A stretch of 35,962 nucleotides of DNA from an uncultured virus (IMG/VR IMGVR_UViG_3300028840_004051). Lineage: Duplodnaviria; Heunggongvirae; Uroviricota; Caudoviricetes. The stretch lies in IMG/VR virus record IMGVR_UViG_3300028840_004051; one strand, 5' to 3'. The notes under the pieces were generated by a model that did no database searches, was not told the DNA's origin, and saw only the letters and a list, made by a program, of their open reading frames with translations. A program made the position numbers and the translations under genes. Numbering within the stretch: position 1 is the stretch's first letter; each line of letters begins with the position of its first letter. Positions 26,721-35,234 of the stretch are shown here, in pieces.

Positions 26721-26942
26721 ATGACAAATTCAGAAAGACTCGAACTGGCAGAAAGAGTCAGAAAAGCAATTGAATCAAAAAGCCTCGATCATGCCCTATT
26801 AAAAGAACGAGATGAAATCGAGCGATTCTTGAACGTTAAAGCTGATGAATTACCCATTAATGTTTTGGTTGATTGCCATGTGGCAGTAGCAAGTGACGAT
26901 ATGATGGAATTACATCATATCGGATATGGGGTGAGAAGATGA
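26721..26942 (+). CDS. Hypothetical early protein
   Basis: GGAGGT RBS. Confidence 0.7.
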   Translation: MTNSERLELAERVRKAIESKSLDHALLKERDEIERFLNVKADELPINVLVDCHVAVASDDMMELHHIGYGVRR

Positions 26943-27058
26943 AAGGGGCGATCACAAAAAAGAACTTTTTCGGGATTTGGAGGGCTTTTGGATTGAAGAA
27001 AGCCATTAAGGTTCTTTTTTCCAGAAGCCCAGTGGCATTGAATTTACTGATGTTATAA
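26939..27058 (+). CDS. 39-aa basic amphipathic microprotein
   Basis: Not in the track. ATGA coupling. MKGAITKKNFFGIWRAFGLKKAIKVLFSRSPVALNLLML. Confidence 0.55.
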   Translation: MKGAITKKNFFGIWRAFGLKKAIKVLFSRSPVALNLLML

Positions 27059-27072
27059 GGAGGTAAAAGAAG

Positions 27073-27312
27073 ATGAAAAAAGGTCAAATGGTAAGAATTA
27101 TAAGTGTACCAACCTCAACCGACGAATACTTAATAGGTCAGGCCGGTAAGATTATGAAGGTCGAAAAAGGCAAATGCACGCTTTTTCATGTCAGCATCCC
27201 AGGGCAGCATCGTAACCTGAGAATGTTTGAGGATGAAATCGAACCGGTCAGAGAAGATAGATATTTGCCACCAAATATGCTATCAGCAATAGCTGAAATA
27301 AACGGAGGTTAA
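27073..27312 (+). CDS. Small SH3/KOW-like beta-barrel protein
   Basis: GGAGGT RBS. MKKGQMVRII...IGQAGKI...F.DEIE pattern. Confidence 0.7.
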   Translation: MKKGQMVRIISVPTSTDEYLIGQAGKIMKVEKGKCTLFHVSIPGQHRNLRMFEDEIEPVREDRYLPPNMLSAIAEINGG

Positions 27313-27314
27313 AA

Positions 27315-27452
27315 ATGCGATCCTTTTTGTATGCGTTACTTAGGATTTTAAATGATCTGAATGCAGTCAAAAAAAACAAGGTAGGTCGGCGGATCGGTAG
27401 ACGAGCCGCTGGCAAGGTTACACAGAAAATGATGAATAAAATTTTTAAATGA
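27315..27452 (+). CDS. 45-aa highly basic protein
   Basis: Not in the track. GGAGGT RBS. MRSFLYALLRILNDLNAVKKNKVGRRIGRRAAGKVTQKMMNKIFK. Confidence 0.7.
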   Translation: MRSFLYALLRILNDLNAVKKNKVGRRIGRRAAGKVTQKMMNKIFK

Positions 27453-27464
27453 AGGGAGGTAAAT

Positions 27465-27737
27465 ATGAAATCTGACCTACAAAGAGTATTAGAAAGCGAA
27501 GGATGGGTTGATGAATCATGGAAAACCGAGTTCATCTGTGACTACCTCGAAGAAAGAGGCCACTATGTTAATTATTCTGATCTGTCAGAACCCGTCATCG
27601 AATTCCTGATGGGTGAAATCGGGCTTGAAAGCTATATGTATGTATCGGTCCGATATGGTTTAGAACCACTGACAGCAAAGGCAATGATCAGAGATATGCT
27701 GAAAGCCGAAAAACTAATGGAGGATAAAAATGTCTAA
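27465..27737 (+). CDS. Hypothetical acidic early protein
   Basis: GGAGGT RBS. Confidence 0.7.
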   Translation: MKSDLQRVLESEGWVDESWKTEFICDYLEERGHYVNYSDLSEPVIEFLMGEIGLESYMYVSVRYGLEPLTAKAMIRDMLKAEKLMEDKNV

Positions 27738-28032
27738 ACCTACTTTCACCTTTAAAAAAATGATTCATACCGGCAGGTACAAAGGCTTCGAAAAAGACTT
27801 TACCGATATAAAACTTAAAAGAAAAATCGTCGGCTACATTCGTGAAGTTGAATTTCGTAAATATAAAATTAGTTTTGCTGTTAAAAAAGAACCAACAAAA
27901 GAAGATCCTGCACCTTTCAGATGGGTCAGATTAGTTATTCAGTTTAAAACAGAAAAAGAAGCAAGAGAATTCCTAAAAGAAAGAGCAGAAGATATCATCA
28001 ATAAATATGATCTTTATTCTTTTGATGACTAA
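27730..28032 (+). CDS. Hypothetical early protein
   Basis: GGAGGA RBS; overlaps the upstream gene. Confidence 0.7.
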   Translation: MSKPTFTFKKMIHTGRYKGFEKDFTDIKLKRKIVGYIREVEFRKYKISFAVKKEPTKEDPAPFRWVRLVIQFKTEKEAREFLKERAEDIINKYDLYSFDD

Positions 28033-28040
28033 AAATCAAA

Positions 28041-28107
28041 CAGCAAGATAGCCATTAAGACTTGTGCGTTGCCAGTGAGCTTAGGAGGACTTACTGGCGG
28101 GTTGGCT
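28041..28107 (+). ncRNA. Repeat A3: pistol-ribozyme-like structured RNA with covarying stem
   Basis: Core identical to A1/A2; stem rewritten as gccagtgag/cttactggc. Confidence 0.65.
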
Positions 28108-28148
28108 GTTAAACTTTTAATTATTAAATAATAGGAGGTTGCACAACT

Positions 28149-28679
28149 ATGGATATGAATAAGTTATGGGAAGAAAACGAAAAAACAATCAATTACCTAT
28201 CAGGTTCTTTTTGGAACAGCTACCCAAAGATAGATAAAGAAGAGTATCGGGATAATGCTATTGACTGCTTCATCAGATGCTGTGAAAGATATCAAGAAGA
28301 AAGCAATAATGGAGCCTGTTTCAATACCTACCTACACACCAGCATTAAGCAGTATTTCAAAGGGATGATCGTCAACCACAGCCAGCAGCAGCATGATATA
28401 ACAGAGTACAGTGAAGAACAGGCAATAAACAAGCTATCGCCAGAAAAAATGGTAGCTTTTAAGAATCAACTTGAATGCCTGAGCCAAGATGCTATCAACG
28501 TCATTAACCACATCCTTTTCGCCGCAGATGAAGTGAATAATACCGGCCGCTATGCAGCGACTCATGCCAGCATAACGAAAGGAGAGCTTAGAAAGAAGCT
28601 TCAAAAGAAGTGGTTCGGCAGAGGTGGGCAAAAAAGGGTAAATAAAGCATTTAAGGAAATCAAATCAGCAATGGCTTAA
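28149..28679 (+). CDS. Phage sigma-70-like factor (region 2)
   Basis: DKEEYRDNAIDCFIRCCERY....GACFNTYLHTSI matches the sigma region 2 pattern. Region 4 is not clearly recognisable. Confidence 0.65.
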   Translation: MDMNKLWEENEKTINYLSGSFWNSYPKIDKEEYRDNAIDCFIRCCERYQEESNNGACFNTYLHTSIKQYFKGMIVNHSQQQHDITEYSEEQAINKLSPEKMVAFKNQLECLSQDAINVINHILFAADEVNNTGRYAATHASITKGELRKKLQKKWFGRGGQKRVNKAFKEIKSAMA

Positions 28680-28727
28680 TAATTTTTCCTATTAGATAGT
28701 TATAATATTTAAAGGAGGTTTAAAAAA

Positions 28728-30761
28728 ATGTCTGATAAAAGACAAATATATCAGATGATCGATGAAAGTGATGAATTCACCATTGGCTGTCTTCTTGAGC
28801 TTCATTCAAGGCAGACATGGGATGAGCAGTACAGTCGATCAACCGATGAAGCAAACAGTGTAGGATTTAATAAAATCGATGCTTCCCCAATGTCTAACAT
28901 CGCAGAATTCTATATTCAAAAAGAATTCATAACTCCAAAACAGATCGCCTTTGTAAAGAAGATAATCAAGAAGTATCATGGGCAATTAAGCACTAACATC
29001 ACACCAAGACCAATCAAAAGATTACCGCAGCAGCCCCAAGCAGACGAGGAATACAAAAAAGTCGAAAAGATGAATGGAAATAAATTGGCCATCATCTTCC
29101 GTTTCCCTCGTGGTGATAAGAGATTCAGGGAAACGGTTGCAGATATCAAAAGCAAGGTTGCAGGTCGACGGTGGGAGCCGGAGCTACCAGGCAAACCCTG
29201 GACTTGCCCTCTATCTATTGAAAATATTGAGGCTCTTAATAATCTGGGATTTGAGATCCCAAATGACCTTAAAGAATGGCAGCAGCAGATGACCGCACCA
29301 ATCGATGATATCCCAGAGGTCGATATCCCAGGTTTAAAAGGAGAGTTATATCCCTTTCAGAAGAAGGGGGTTGAGTGGATTGAAAGCAGAAACGGCCGGG
29401 CACTAATTGCAGACGAGATGGGTCTGGGGAAAACAGTTCAAGCTCTGGCTTGGCTACAACTCCACCCTGAAGCTCGCCCTGCCCTTATTATCTGCCCTGC
29501 ATCAGTAAAGCTGAATTGGCATAGGGAGGCACATCGTTGGCTTGATAAACCAAATGTCACCGTCTTATACGGTAGATATGATAAAGATAAACCTCTCAAA
29601 ATAGATGATGATTCAATCATCATCTGCAATTACGATATACTACCTAACCAAACAATCCGCGAAAAAAGAACCGGTATGAAAGATAGAATCGTTGAGCTGC
29701 CAAACACAGGCTGGGCTGATGCGCTAAAGAAAGTAGGTTTAAAAGTAATCGTGACGGATGAATCTCACTATACCAAAAACAGCAAAGCCCTAAGAACAAA
29801 GGCGGTAAAAAAGCTTGCTAAATATGCAGACAATATGATCGCCTTATCAGGGACGCCAATCACGAATCGACCAGTTGAATTCTTCAATACGATCAATATG
29901 GTCAACCCTAGGATATTCCCTAAATTCTGGGATTACGCTAAGCGATATTGCGATGCAAAGAATAATGGATTCGGTTGGGATTTTAGCGGAGCAACTAATA
30001 CAAAGGAGCTACATGATAAACTAACAAAAACTTGCATGATCCGCCGCAAAAAGGCTGAGGTCTTGCCTGATCTACCAAAAAAGGTTAGATCAGTAGTGCC
30101 GCTTGAGATTGATAACAGAGAGGAATATAACAGAGCAGCTGCAAATATTATCAGATGGATCGAAGAAAATGAAGGCTTGGAGCAAGCAAAAAAGGCGAAG
30201 CAAGCCGAGGTATTGGTTGAATTTGAAAAACTGAAACAGCTTGCTGTGAAAGGCAAACTTGATCAGGCCATCAAGTGGATTGAGGACTTTATTGACATAG
30301 ATGGTAAATTAGTTGTATTCGCCGATCACCAATTCACAATCAATGCCCTGATGAAAAAGTTCGGCAAAAAGGCAGTGAAGATTGATGGCTCCACCCCTCA
30401 GAAAGAAAGGCAAAATGTAGTTGATCGATTTCAGAATGATGACAGCATCCGCCTATTTATTGGAAGTAAGGCCGCGAAGGAAGGGATCACATTAACTGCA
30501 TCGAGCAATACTTGTTTTCTTGAACTTTGGTGGGTCCCCGGCGATCACAGCCAAGCTGAAGACAGAGTCCATAGAATCGGCCAGGAAGCTGATTCCGTTA
30601 ATGCATGGTACCTAATCGCAGAGAGAACAATCGAGGAAGGGCTTGCCACTATCCTCGATGAAAAGCAAAAGGTATTATCGTCGGTTCTTGACGGAGAAGA
30701 TACTGACGATTCATCAGTTTTAATCGAACTTTTAAATCATTACAAGAAAGGAGGTTATTAA
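28728..30761 (+). CDS. SNF2/SMARCAL1-like DEAD/DEAH helicase
   Basis: LYPFQ, ADEMGLGKT, DESH, LSGTP, QAEDRVHRIGQ. TATAAT at 28701-28706 and GGAGGT upstream. Confidence 0.95.
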   Translation: MSDKRQIYQMIDESDEFTIGCLLELHSRQTWDEQYSRSTDEANSVGFNKIDASPMSNIAEFYIQKEFITPKQIAFVKKIIKKYHGQLSTNITPRPIKRLPQQPQADEEYKKVEKMNGNKLAIIFRFPRGDKRFRETVADIKSKVAGRRWEPELPGKPWTCPLSIENIEALNNLGFEIPNDLKEWQQQMTAPIDDIPEVDIPGLKGELYPFQKKGVEWIESRNGRALIADEMGLGKTVQALAWLQLHPEARPALIICPASVKLNWHREAHRWLDKPNVTVLYGRYDKDKPLKIDDDSIIICNYDILPNQTIREKRTGMKDRIVELPNTGWADALKKVGLKVIVTDESHYTKNSKALRTKAVKKLAKYADNMIALSGTPITNRPVEFFNTINMVNPRIFPKFWDYAKRYCDAKNNGFGWDFSGATNTKELHDKLTKTCMIRRKKAEVLPDLPKKVRSVVPLEIDNREEYNRAAANIIRWIEENEGLEQAKKAKQAEVLVEFEKLKQLAVKGKLDQAIKWIEDFIDIDGKLVVFADHQFTINALMKKFGKKAVKIDGSTPQKERQNVVDRFQNDDSIRLFIGSKAAKEGITLTASSNTCFLELWWVPGDHSQAEDRVHRIGQEADSVNAWYLIAERTIEEGLATILDEKQKVLSSVLDGEDTDDSSVLIELLNHYKKGGY

Positions 30762-30982
30762 TGGCCAAAAAGCAGATGGTAATAACATTAATGAAAGAAA
30801 AGGGTTTGGTGCAGATCGAAGGATTCAAAACACCCATAGAAATCAAAAAGCCAGAAGGTTGCATTGGCATCATGTACGCATGGGAATCAAAAGCAGCTGC
30901 ATATCATTGGTATGGGAAAAAGGTACCAACAGTTAGGATTGAATATGATAAGAGTAAGAAAGGCAGCAATAAAGAGAATTAG
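30761..30982 (+). CDS. Hypothetical protein
   Basis: GGAGGT RBS and TAATG coupling. Confidence 0.65.
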   Translation: MAKKQMVITLMKEKGLVQIEGFKTPIEIKKPEGCIGIMYAWESKAAAYHWYGKKVPTVRIEYDKSKKGSNKEN

Positions 30983-31151
30983 AAAAGCACCAGTTAAGCA
31001 AAAAATAAACCGCTGGTGGCATTATAATCTAACAAGAGACAATCTATTAGAGTTCGGGATATATAGGGATTGGATGATACCCTATATATCCTTTGATAAA
31101 GCGATGAAGTTAGCTGGAGAAAAATTTACAGACAAAAGGAGCAACCAATGA
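30945..31151 (+). CDS. Hypothetical basic protein
   Basis: Start likely ATG 30945 (AGGA upstream). ATGA-coupled to the next gene. Confidence 0.5.
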   Translation: MIRVRKAAIKRIRKAPVKQKINRWWHYNLTRDNLLEFGIYRDWMIPYISFDKAMKLAGEKFTDKRSNQ

Positions 31152-32335
31152 AAATATTCAGTGTAAAAAATGATCTTATTTTTATTTATCAAGATAATGA
31201 ACCAACCCTGAAAAGGACAATTGAAAATGCTGTCAAATCTGGCATTAGCTTAAATTATGCCGAGCTGAATAATGCCGAGCTGAATGGTGCCAAGCTGAAT
31301 GGTGCCAAGCTGAATAATGCCGAGCTGAGTAATGCCAAGCTGAATGGTGCCAAGCTGAATAATGCCAAGCTGAATGATGCCGATCTGAATGATGCCGAGC
31401 TGAATTATGCCGATCTGAATGATGCCGAGCTGAATGATGCCGATCTGAATGATGCCGATCTGAATGGTGCCGATCTGAATGGTGCCGAGCTGAATGGTGC
31501 CAATCTGAATTATGCCAAGCTGAATTATGCCAAGATGAATGGTGCCAAGCTGAATTATGCCAATCTGAATTATGCCAAGCTGAATGATGCCAAGCTGAAT
31601 GATGCCAAGCTGAACGGTGCCAAGCTGAATGGTGCCAAGATGAATAATGCCAAGCTGAATGATGCCGAGCTGAATGATGCCGAGCTGAATGATGCCAAGC
31701 TGAATGGTGCCTGGATGAATGATGCCAAGATGAATAATGCCAAGCTGAATGATGCCGAGCTGAATGGTGCCGAGCTGAATTATGCCAAGCTGAATGGTGC
31801 CAAGATGAATGATGCCAAGATGAATGATGCCGAGCTGAATTATGCCGAGCTGAATGGTGCCGAGCTGAATGATGCCAAGCTGAATTATGCCAAGCTGAAT
31901 GATGCCAAGCTGAATTATGCCAAGCTGAATTATGCCAAGATGAATGATGCCGAGCTGAATGGTGCCGAGCTGAATGGTGCCAATCTGAATGGTGCCGAGG
32001 GGTTATTAGATCCATCTAAATGGCTGGAAGAAAACTTCAGATATATTTCAGATGGATTAATCACCTACAAAGATGTTCAATCCACTTTTCACAAAAAACC
32101 TGAATCATGGAAGATTGAACCTGGAAGCTATTTAGCAGAAATATGCAATCCAAACAGAACAACTGATTGTGGCAGTGGCGTTAATTTTGCAACATTGGAT
32201 TGGCTGAGGAAATACTCACACCATGAAATATGGGAATGCATTATCGAATGGAAAGACCTCCCTGGAATCATTGTACCGTATAATACAGATGGAAAGGCAA
32301 GATGTCATCGCCTTAGATTAATTAGAAAAATATAA
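31148..32335 (+). CDS. Pentapeptide-repeat protein with phage-type C-terminal domain
   Basis: About 50 A-[KEDN]-[LM]-N-[DGYN] repeats. C-terminal NPNRTTDCGSGVNFAT...GKARC domain. Confidence 0.92.
   Translation: MKIFSVKNDLIFIYQDNEPTLKRTIENAVKSGISLNYAELNNAELNGAKLNGAKLNNAELSNAKLNGAKLNNAKLNDADLNDAELNYADLNDAELNDADLNDADLNGADLNGAELNGANLNYAKLNYAKMNGAKLNYANLNYAKLNDAKLNDAKLNGAKLNGAKMNNAKLNDAELNDAELNDAKLNGAWMNDAKMNNAKLNDAELNGAELNYAKLNGAKMNDAKMNDAELNYAELNGAELNDAKLNYAKLNDAKLNYAKLNYAKMNDAELNGAELNGANLNGAEGLLDPSKWLEENFRYISDGLITYKDVQSTFHKKPESWKIEPGSYLAEICNPNRTTDCGSGVNFATLDWLRKYSHHEIWECIIEWKDLPGIIVPYNTDGKARCHRLRLIRKI
31259..31996 (+). repeat. 15-bp tandem repeat (consensus gccaagctgaatgat), about 49 units
   Basis: Directly visible. 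The gcc, tg and aat positions are almost invariant. Confidence 0.95.
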
Positions 32336-33240
32336 TGCTATTTAACGCTAAAAAATTCTGTCAAGATCATCATATCGAGATGAGCCCTCCAGGGCATAAA
32401 CATACCCGCCCTGGCTGGGTTCATATTCGATGCCCTTTTTGCAGTGGAAACCCAGGGTGGCATGGCGGGTTCAATATTAAAGAGGGATACTACAACTGCT
32501 GGCGTTGTGGGTATCACTGGATTGTTAAGGTAGTAGTAAATCTACTTAGTATATCCTATCAAGAGGCAAAATTAATCATCTATAATAAGGGGTATTCATC
32601 CGAGCAATTCAGATTTCAAAAAAGTAAAACATCAACCAGAATAAATTTTAAAAAAGAAATATCCCTCCCACCGATGACCCAATACAATCTCACAAAACAG
32701 CATATCGATTATCTACTATCACGCCGCTTTGATCCAATAGAATTAAAAACCAAATGGAATCTAATGTCAACAGGTAACATAGGTGCATATAGTCATAGGA
32801 TACTTGCGCCTATTTATTTTAGAGGCCATATGGTTAGCTATCAATGCAGGGCTACAAAAATAGGCCAGAACCCACCTTATTTAGCCTGTGCTGGTCATGA
32901 TGAGCTTATAAAGCATAAAGATATTATATATGGGTTTGACGCCGCTATAAGGCTAAATCAGTGCATTGTGGTTGAAGGGATAACAGATGTATGGAGATTA
33001 GGATATGGAGCGGTGGCTACATTCGGGAAGTCTTTCACTAAAGCACAACTGCTGCTGATTGCAAACAATTTTAAACATATTTTTATTTTACCAGATAGCG
33101 ATGTTAAAGAAGAAGAAACAATGACAGAACCCTTAGCCGGGCTTGGAAAGGAGGTTGAAGAAATAAGATTGGATAAAGGTGACCCTGGTGATATGCGCCA
33201 GGGTGATGCAGACTATTTAATGAAGACATTAGGATTTTAA
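32335..33240 (+). CDS. DnaG-type DNA primase (Zn finger plus TOPRIM)
   Basis: CPFC...CWRC; VVEGITD; LPDSD (DxD); DPGD. Confidence 0.9.
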   Translation: MLFNAKKFCQDHHIEMSPPGHKHTRPGWVHIRCPFCSGNPGWHGGFNIKEGYYNCWRCGYHWIVKVVVNLLSISYQEAKLIIYNKGYSSEQFRFQKSKTSTRINFKKEISLPPMTQYNLTKQHIDYLLSRRFDPIELKTKWNLMSTGNIGAYSHRILAPIYFRGHMVSYQCRATKIGQNPPYLACAGHDELIKHKDIIYGFDAAIRLNQCIVVEGITDVWRLGYGAVATFGKSFTKAQLLLIANNFKHIFILPDSDVKEEETMTEPLAGLGKEVEEIRLDKGDPGDMRQGDADYLMKTLGF

Positions 33241-33254
33241 GAGAGGAAACAATT

Positions 33255-33881
33255 ATGGAAGAAATAAATTTAAATTGGTTTAAAAAAAATAGAAAGGGGC
33301 TCGATAACTATATCAAATCTACAATTCAAGAATGTGATCTCGATCAACTTACATTCAGTGATATCCACGATGCGGTTCTTAATAACATAGGAGTGATAAA
33401 TTACAATAATCAAGGCCCCGGCTTTCCGAAGTGGATTACAAGAAGAGTCAAGAAGCATGCTGCCGATCTTGGCATAGCTGTCCCGTATTACAGTGGGGAG
33501 AAAGGGACAAGAGCGGTCGGGATAAAGTTTATCAAACCGCCACCACCTTCCGAACAGACGCTACCTGAGAAAGAAACAACAGAACCCATTCACCAAGAAC
33601 CAACGAATGATGAGCTCGATCTGCTGACAATCGGGAAAGCGATTGACCGTTATATCGATGAGCTAAAGACAAGAATCAAATTAGTAGAAGAGGAAGCAGA
33701 AATATCAAGGAATAAATTCAATCGCACTGTTAATGATCTCACTCAGGCCAATAAAGATAAAGATAGAACGATTGAAAAGCTAAACCAAAGGATCGCTAAT
33801 CTTAATAATCTTGTTAAGAGTGATTCTCAAAAAAATAGATCGGCAACTTTTAAGTTTTCTGAGCTGGCAAATTTTAAATAG
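33255..33881 (+). CDS. Hypothetical protein with C-terminal coiled coil
   Basis: GAGG RBS. Pro-rich linker and heptad-like tail. Confidence 0.75.
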   Translation: MEEINLNWFKKNRKGLDNYIKSTIQECDLDQLTFSDIHDAVLNNIGVINYNNQGPGFPKWITRRVKKHAADLGIAVPYYSGEKGTRAVGIKFIKPPPPSEQTLPEKETTEPIHQEPTNDELDLLTIGKAIDRYIDELKTRIKLVEEEAEISRNKFNRTVNDLTQANKDKDRTIEKLNQRIANLNNLVKSDSQKNRSATFKFSELANFK

Positions 33882-33930
33882 TAAAAAATTTTCTTTAAAA
33901 TTAAAATTAAATAATATATAATTCTTTTAC

Positions 33931-34012
33931 CTGATTGAGCTTGGCCTCTCGATCAGCTTCCACCAGGGCGATTCCACGGTAGGGTGCCGTTAACACCCTA
34001 CCAAGCCCAATC
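33931..34012 (+). promoter_or_regulatory. Structured leader upstream of the replication initiator
   Basis: TATAAT at 33917-33922, then a GC-rich segment with hairpins ctgattgag/ctcgatcag and ggtagggtg/caccctacc and an alternative pairing gattgagcttgg/ccaagcccaatc. Confidence 0.5.
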
Positions 34013-34097
34013 TAATTGATACCTTTTAACGGGAGGTTAAAAATCACAATTCAAAAAGCCAACCAGAACGTATTCAATTCAAGGAGAGGTCTCTCTT

Positions 34098-35234
34098 ATG
34101 GAAACAGAAAAGCATGGATTGTACATCCCACCAGAAGCATGGCATTCCCAAATCCCAAACTCTGCAAAAATCCTATACGGACGATTATGCACATTACCTT
34201 CTTTTAGCGTTGATGGCTCCTTTGCATCCCGAGAATGGATGGCAAGTGAGATCGGAGTCAGCAAACAGCGGATCACACAATTAATCCGAGTATTAATTGA
34301 TGCAGAATTGATACTGGATAATGGTTGGCATATCGGAAAAAATAGACAGAAAACGAGAATCTTGAAGCGGAATTCATTAGAGATAACCAATAGAAAATTG
34401 ATGGATAACGACACAGCGACAGGTAATAATAAATTATTAGGTGTCATGACAGGTAATAAAAAATTATTAGGGGGGTGTAATAATAAATTATTAGGTGTCA
34501 AGGAAGAAAATGATAAGAAAGTAGAAGAAAATCAAGAAGTTATAGGCGAAAGCGGGCGATCTAATAATAAGAGTATTAATAATAAGAGTATATATTCCTT
34601 TGCCTCGCCTGACGGCGAGGGACAAAGGGACATAAATCCTTCCCTTCCTTCCTATTATCAGAACAGGAATGGAGTCCGTCCTCATATCATCCGATTCACG
34701 AAATCTATCCAAAAAGAAATCATAAAAAACCATCCTGATAAATTTAGGCAATATTCCTCAGAACAAATTGATAATAAGATCAAGGATGGCTCCTCCGTAA
34801 TCGATAAACTCATTCGTATAAACAACTTCGATTTTCAGACAGAAATAAAACCATGCCTACACTGGGCAATCAATGATGATTTTTGGACAGATCAGATCCG
34901 TTCCTTGGTTCCATTAAGAAATAAATCATCAAATGGGGAGATGAAGTTTACAAATATATTTGACTCCTGGAAATCAGATCTAAAGAAGAAAAAGAAAAAA
35001 CGGAATGATGATAATCAACCTCCGACCATAGGTAAACCTTGGACGGTTGAAGAAATCAACAGATACAATGAAGAGCAAGACAAAATACTCAAGATTGAAC
35101 GTGAAGAAAAACTTAAAAAGATTGCCAAGATGTCCTATGGTGAAATAGTTAGGCATAATCAGTCATGCAGGAGAGGGCATAAGATAACTGAATATGAAAT
35201 GAAGGAAGCGGAAAAATATGGATATAGCGGATAA
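34098..35234 (+). CDS. Phage replication initiator (lambda-O-like, N-terminal winged HTH)
   Basis: AKILYGRL...FAS.EWMASEIGVS.QRI.Q.I..L. Internal iterons. C-terminal W..DDFW..QI.S...LR.K motif. Followed by a helicase. Confidence 0.8.
   Translation: METEKHGLYIPPEAWHSQIPNSAKILYGRLCTLPSFSVDGSFASREWMASEIGVSKQRITQLIRVLIDAELILDNGWHIGKNRQKTRILKRNSLEITNRKLMDNDTATGNNKLLGVMTGNKKLLGGCNNKLLGVKEENDKKVEENQEVIGESGRSNNKSINNKSIYSFASPDGEGQRDINPSLPSYYQNRNGVRPHIIRFTKSIQKEIIKNHPDKFRQYSSEQIDNKIKDGSSVIDKLIRINNFDFQTEIKPCLHWAINDDFWTDQIRSLVPLRNKSSNGEMKFTNIFDSWKSDLKKKKKKRNDDNQPPTIGKPWTVEEINRYNEEQDKILKIEREEKLKKIAKMSYGEIVRHNQSCRRGHKITEYEMKEAEKYGYSG
34418..34499. repeat. Three iteron-like repeats (candidate replication origin)
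   Basis: gtaataa(t/a)aaattattagg three times, with internal dyad symmetry. Second repeat taataataagagtat twice at 34562-34591. Confidence 0.75.

Noticed and set aside
25586..28107. Repeats A and B as a CRISPR array or integron attC sites
   Set aside because: The spacers are whole genes of several hundred bp, there are no cas or integrase genes in the window, no GTTRRRY/RYYYAAC ends on family A, and G-U-tolerant covariation points to RNA structure.
31245..32015. 256-aa His/Ser/Trp repeat ORF on the minus strand
   Set aside because: Antisense shadow of the 15-bp pentapeptide repeat; no RBS.
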